Shown here: positions 61,101 to 64,000 of the stretch, one piece after another
How the letters are laid out: each line of letters opens with the position of its first letter
Position numbering within the stretch: position 1 is the first letter of the stretch
NCBI RefSeq assembly: GCF_037042905.1
Contig: NC_087245.1
Span: forward strand, 27,034,001-27,098,000
Source: Lytechinus pictus
Lineage: Eukaryota
Length of the DNA stretch: 64,000 nt
Reading direction: 5' to 3'
Translations under genes and position numbers: made by a program
Notes under the pieces: model-generated
The model's database searches: none
Told to the model about the DNA's origin: nothing
The model's input: only the letters and a program-made list of their open reading frames with translations

Positions 61101-63212
61101 ATGTAGAGAGGTCTTGGCTGAGAGCTATCTGTTCAACTTCTGGTGGCGTGGGGCAAAACTTGAGCCCTTTAGAGAGAAGAGAGGTTTCTGCTTGGGAGAG
61201 AGGGGAGGATGAGAGATTAAAAACCAAATGGGGGGATGCATCATTGTTGTTGGTATGTCGTCTAAATCTGTTTGACCGTTGTCGCCATTGACCGTTGTCT
61301 TGTTATTATGAATACATCCCCACCTCCTTGCAAGAAGAGTAGATAATGGGAAATTGAAATAGAACTCATAGAATATAAAAAAGAAAAAATGAAAAGTTCA
61401 AGGTCAAGTGAAGTCCACCACAGGAAAATGCTGACTTGAATAAATAGAGAAAAATCAAACTAGCATAATGCTGAAAATTTGATCAAAATCGGATGTAAAA
61501 TAAGAAAGTTATGGCATTTTAAAATTTCGCTTATTTTTCACAAAACAGTGATATGCACAACTAGATGAGTCAGTCTATGATGTCCATCACTCACTATGTC
61601 TTTTGTTTTTTATTGTTTGAATTATACAATATTTCATTTTTTATAGATTTGACAATAAGAACCAACATGACTCAACCATATAGTATTAGACAATGCTAAT
61701 TCCACATGTTCAGGGAGGAATTAATCGTTGTATCACTTGACAAAGAGGAGAAAATACGAATATTTCATATTGCATATAATAAAATACAAAAGAAATAAAG
61801 AGTGGATGACGTCATAGTCTCCTCATTGGCATACCAGCCATGATGTGCATATAACTGTTTTGTGAAATTAAAGGGATCGTTTAGCTTTGTGAGGAGCTGA
61901 TTTAAAAAATTCTCAAACTGAGTTGAAACGTGCGTATGAGTGCCAGTACCGTAAGCAACGGACTATAAACCGCACCCGTGGATTAACCGCACCCCTAACT
62001 TTGGACTAAAAAATAAAAAAAATAAAAAAAATCCTCACATTATATTTGAGGTACGGAGAAACAAAAACTAAGTTAAAGATTTCAAAGTATCCAAAGAGAT
62101 TACCGGTATGCGGAAATCTGCTGTTCTTCTTGATCAATTCATCTACAAATGTTTGCAAGGTCCCGACAATATTGGCCACTTACACACTCACTCACCTCAC
62201 AGTCACAGTGTACACACACACAGCACTGCCGTTCTTGTACATTGCAAACTACGATACGGTACCAGTACATCTTATCAAATAATGATCTGTGTCTTTCCCG
62301 CCGTAGGAGGAAGAAACATTCACATTTCTTGCATCACAAACTCACAATCACTTTCAGAATTTGTCTAGCATTCGATGTCTTTGGATACGGGATTACAGGA
62401 AGGTTCAAGAAACAAAGAAATTTGCATTGTGCCGTCTCTCTCGTTGCGTGGTGTACATGGTATCTTATGAAAAGCAAACAGGAAAGAAAAAATAAGCTGG
62501 CGCGAAACGGGACTTTGGAGGGGATCGAGGGTTAAAATGAATAGCGCCAGCTTAAGTCGCACTGTAACCACAATACAACGCAAGCTAGCTCGAGCTCAGC
62601 TAACTCAACTCTCGCGCGCTCGCTCAGCTCAGCTGTGACAAAATATTACCGAGTATGCTTGGCTTCTCTTTGAACTTAGCCAGGGAACTTCGCTGCTTTG
62701 AACCGAGAATAAAGTCAAAATTAGTGTCATGAAGGTGGGTGCGTTTGTTATAATCGCTTCTCATTACCCGCGGCTCATACCCCTCTAAACGACATTGCCC
62801 TGGGCGGCTACGCCCGGCCACTCGATGTGTTATGAACTGGCAGATGTCTTTTGTTTGGGAGGGGTTACGACGGGCTGGCTCAGACCCGTCACCGTGGATA
62901 AACCGCACCCCCGACTTTTGCTTCTATCCCGCCGAGAAAAAGGTGCGGTTAATAGACGGTTACTTACGGTATTTGTCCTCAAAACCTTGTCCTTTAAAAT
63001 GAATGAAAAAAGCGAAGATGAGGCTGGGATAGACATACATACGGGCAGAGTGCCTCCTGGTGATTATCTTCAGTAGGTGAAAGCATTAACACTGGGATGT
63101 TTTTACAAATGAAACTTACTGTTTACTGTTTCTCAAAAGTTTAGCGATCACTTTCTTTTCTGTATCGACATGAAGAGAGGGAAGCTTCTGATCTCTCCGG
63201 TAAAAAGTACAT
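46126..63212 (-). CDS. TUBZ1: Zeta-tubulin (delta-tubulin-like 'cryptic' tubulin); 10 exons in window, 5' exon outside
   Basis: Exons 63120-63212, 53649-53713, 52595-52732, 51938-52079, 51187-51363, 50076-50171, 48294-48366, 47351-47492, 46587-46747 and 46126-46197 join in frame (~385 aa). Motifs VDTEKKVI, GRGTNWAMGY, HSLSGGTGSGLGS, GESPLQHYN, EPWELLRSVSPMP, WNPFPIDFW, RAFLHWYQRY. Confidence 0.85.
46587..46747 (-). CDS. TUBZ1: Zeta-tubulin exon (..MYDARAFLHWYQRYSCDE)
   Basis: TTGTAG acceptor; GAG|GCAAGT donor. Confidence 0.85.
47351..47492 (-). CDS. TUBZ1: Zeta-tubulin exon (YSSLASLVAVRG..WNPFPIDFWI)
   Basis: AG/GT boundaries, phases 0 and 1. Confidence 0.85.
48294..48366 (-). CDS. TUBZ1: Zeta-tubulin exon (KSTWEAMTTNLIQSAVRYDTDGQH)
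   Basis: AG/GT boundaries; phases 2 and 0 fit both neighbours. Confidence 0.75.
48591..48800 (+). mobile_element. tRNA-derived SINE
   Basis: A-box TAGCTCAGTCGG, B-box GGTTCGATTCC, core TTCGGAGAGGACCTTAAGCCGTCGGTCC, A/CCA-rich tail. Confidence 0.85.
49490..49977 (+). mobile_element. CR1-type LINE 3' end (5'-truncated)
   Basis: LPSLSHRRKRGDM..GHSLKL..RKFFFANRVIDV*NSLP..FKNRLDKHW; tail (TAAAC)3. Confidence 0.85.
50076..50171 (-). CDS. TUBZ1: Zeta-tubulin exon (GISSGNEPWELLRSVSPMPAHKFLH)
   Basis: AG/GT boundaries, phases 2 and 2. Confidence 0.85.
51187..51363 (-). CDS. TUBZ1: Zeta-tubulin exon (FADCVILYHNDEVL..MNKYITDSLAGLLCP)
   Basis: AG/GT boundaries, phases 2 and 2. Confidence 0.85.
51938..52079 (-). 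CDS. TUBZ1: Zeta-tubulin exon (LGSHLCEAVRDTYP..GESPLQHYNNLFCLAWLQ)
   Basis: AG/GT boundaries, phases 1 and 2. Confidence 0.9.
52595..52732 (-). CDS. TUBZ1: Zeta-tubulin exon with the GTP-binding signature (RKEVERCD..HSLSGGTGS)
   Basis: Tubulin GGTGSG loop; AG/GT boundaries, phases 1 and 1. Confidence 0.92.
53649..53713 (-). CDS. TUBZ1: Zeta-tubulin exon (LPVREKNVILSKQGRGTNWAM)
   Basis: TTTCAG acceptor, GTAAGT donor, NWA motif. Confidence 0.88.
54781..55347 (+). other. Orphan ~188-codon reading frame with one internal TAG, intronic and antisense to tubulin
   Basis: ATG 54781 is in frame with ORF 54868-55347 through a single stop; no family recognised. Confidence 0.35.
55681..57821. mobile_element. 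Non-autonomous TIR element (~63-bp TIR) with an internal 494-bp tandem duplication
   Basis: GTAATTACCAATGAACGTAGAGGGCAGCAACACAC..GTGTTGCTTTTAGGAAGGTCCACT inverted at ~57759-57821; duplicate copies 56711-57197 and 57205-57691. Confidence 0.85.
58220..61297 (-). mobile_element. Penelope-like retroelement (RT + GIY-YIG), 5'-truncated and disrupted
   Basis: LLSKGLKFCP, KPADKG, FYLLPKIHK, GTAM, WWRYIDN, HFLDV, VVYLITC..YIGET; ORF stop at 59182. 15-bp direct repeat TCTTGTTATTATGAA at 58205-58219 and 61298-61312. Confidence 0.93.
58229..58268 (-). ncRNA. Degenerate minimal type-I hammerhead ribozyme at the Penelope 3' end
   Basis: Minus strand reads GCCT-CCGACGA-AGATTCT-GCT-AGGATC-GAAA-ACTT-AGGCC; core CUGANGA altered to CCGACGA. 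Confidence 0.65.
61399..61870. mobile_element. Kolobok-like MITE (same family as 32166-32681), interrupted at TTAA by a second TTAA element
   Basis: Shares AAGTCCACCAC..GAATAAATAGAGAAAAATCAAACTAGC with the earlier copy; breaks at TTAA|AGGGATCG. Confidence 0.7.
61949..62969. mobile_element. Non-autonomous pogo/Tc2-like element
   Basis: TA|CCGTAAG..TATAAACCGCACC ... GGTGCGGTTAATAG..CTTACGG|TA. Confidence 0.8.
63120..63212 (-). CDS. TUBZ1: Zeta-tubulin exon (CTFYRRDQKLPSLHVDTEKKVIAKLLRNSK)
   Basis: TTGCAG acceptor, GTAAGT donor; VDTE.KVI motif; phase matches the exon starting at 53713. Confidence 0.82.
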
Positions 63213-64000
63213 CTGCAAATGAATGATAATGACAACCAAAAAAAAATACAGACTGGTGATGTACATAGTTTTCTTAAATGTGAGTATGACGATCGAAAAA
63301 AAAAATTATACCAATGGGGATTGTAATACATCAATGGCAATTCAGTCTGCATTCAAGCTTCCATCGATGTTTAAATGTAGTCAAACTTGCAAAAAAAAAC
63401 AATATTTACTGCCAAATTGTGTAACATGTTGTGCTTTATTTCCTTGATCTAATCAATTTGGGAATTACTTTTTTTAGAGTACTACAATCAAATACAACTA
63501 AAGATAACCTAATTGTTAATGTTTTGTTTTGTTTTACACTAGGCTTCATCCTGAAATACATTTTTTCCAAAAAAAAGATCAACATACACAGCAAACATCA
63601 GCCTCAAGTAGACTTAAATACTAAAGATGGTAATAAGTTTTCATTAGGTGATTTCGAGATCAGTGTTTGTGCTGGTTTTAGTGCTAATGTTGGAACCACA
63701 ATTCAGGGGCCCTTTTCCCTATTAAAATGACTTACAGCTGTTGTACTTTGTCATCATGGCAACTAGCTAACTACCATGGTAACAAGGCTTAGAAGCCAAT
63801 CACTATCAAGGTTTCTATGAGGGTAGTTGCCATAATTGTAAAGTTACCATAGTTGATAATCTTTATGGAACAGGCGCCAGATTGCCTTCACTAGCTCCAA
63901 CATTTATCCAATTACATTACTGGTATGTGCTTGATAAAGCGGTTCGTAAGTTGTAAGTGACTTTACGAATGACTGGTGACCTCTTATTGTGGTAAGTGAT

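Overview
Eukaryotic (animal) genomic DNA. The repeat content looks invertebrate-deuterostome or sea-urchin-like, but that is an inference. The window has two halves. (1) About 46.1-63.2 kb holds ten phase-consistent minus-strand exons of a zeta-tubulin (delta-tubulin-like, ZED module) gene whose first exon lies beyond the window. It has a GC-AG last intron, and its stop-codon region is amplified as a ~100-bp tandem array. Its introns carry a SINE, a CR1 3' end, MITEs, an orphan ORF and a Penelope element with a decayed hammerhead ribozyme. (2) About 0.8-41.5 kb, just downstream of that gene, contains no recognisable host gene and is a patchwork of more than 20 coding fragments from many unrelated transposon groups: Harbinger Myb/SANT x6, pogo x2, P/THAP x2, Crypton-like, piggyBac, two Sola types, MULE, EnSpm, BEN, HECT, Gypsy gag and integrase, and a LINE end. 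Every fragment I could recognise is on the + strand, and many are short internal slices butted end to end. The best hypothesis is a uni-strand, flamenco-like piRNA cluster ('transposon archive') read antisense on the minus strand and dominated by DNA transposons. All family calls come from motif recognition by eye; no searches were run.
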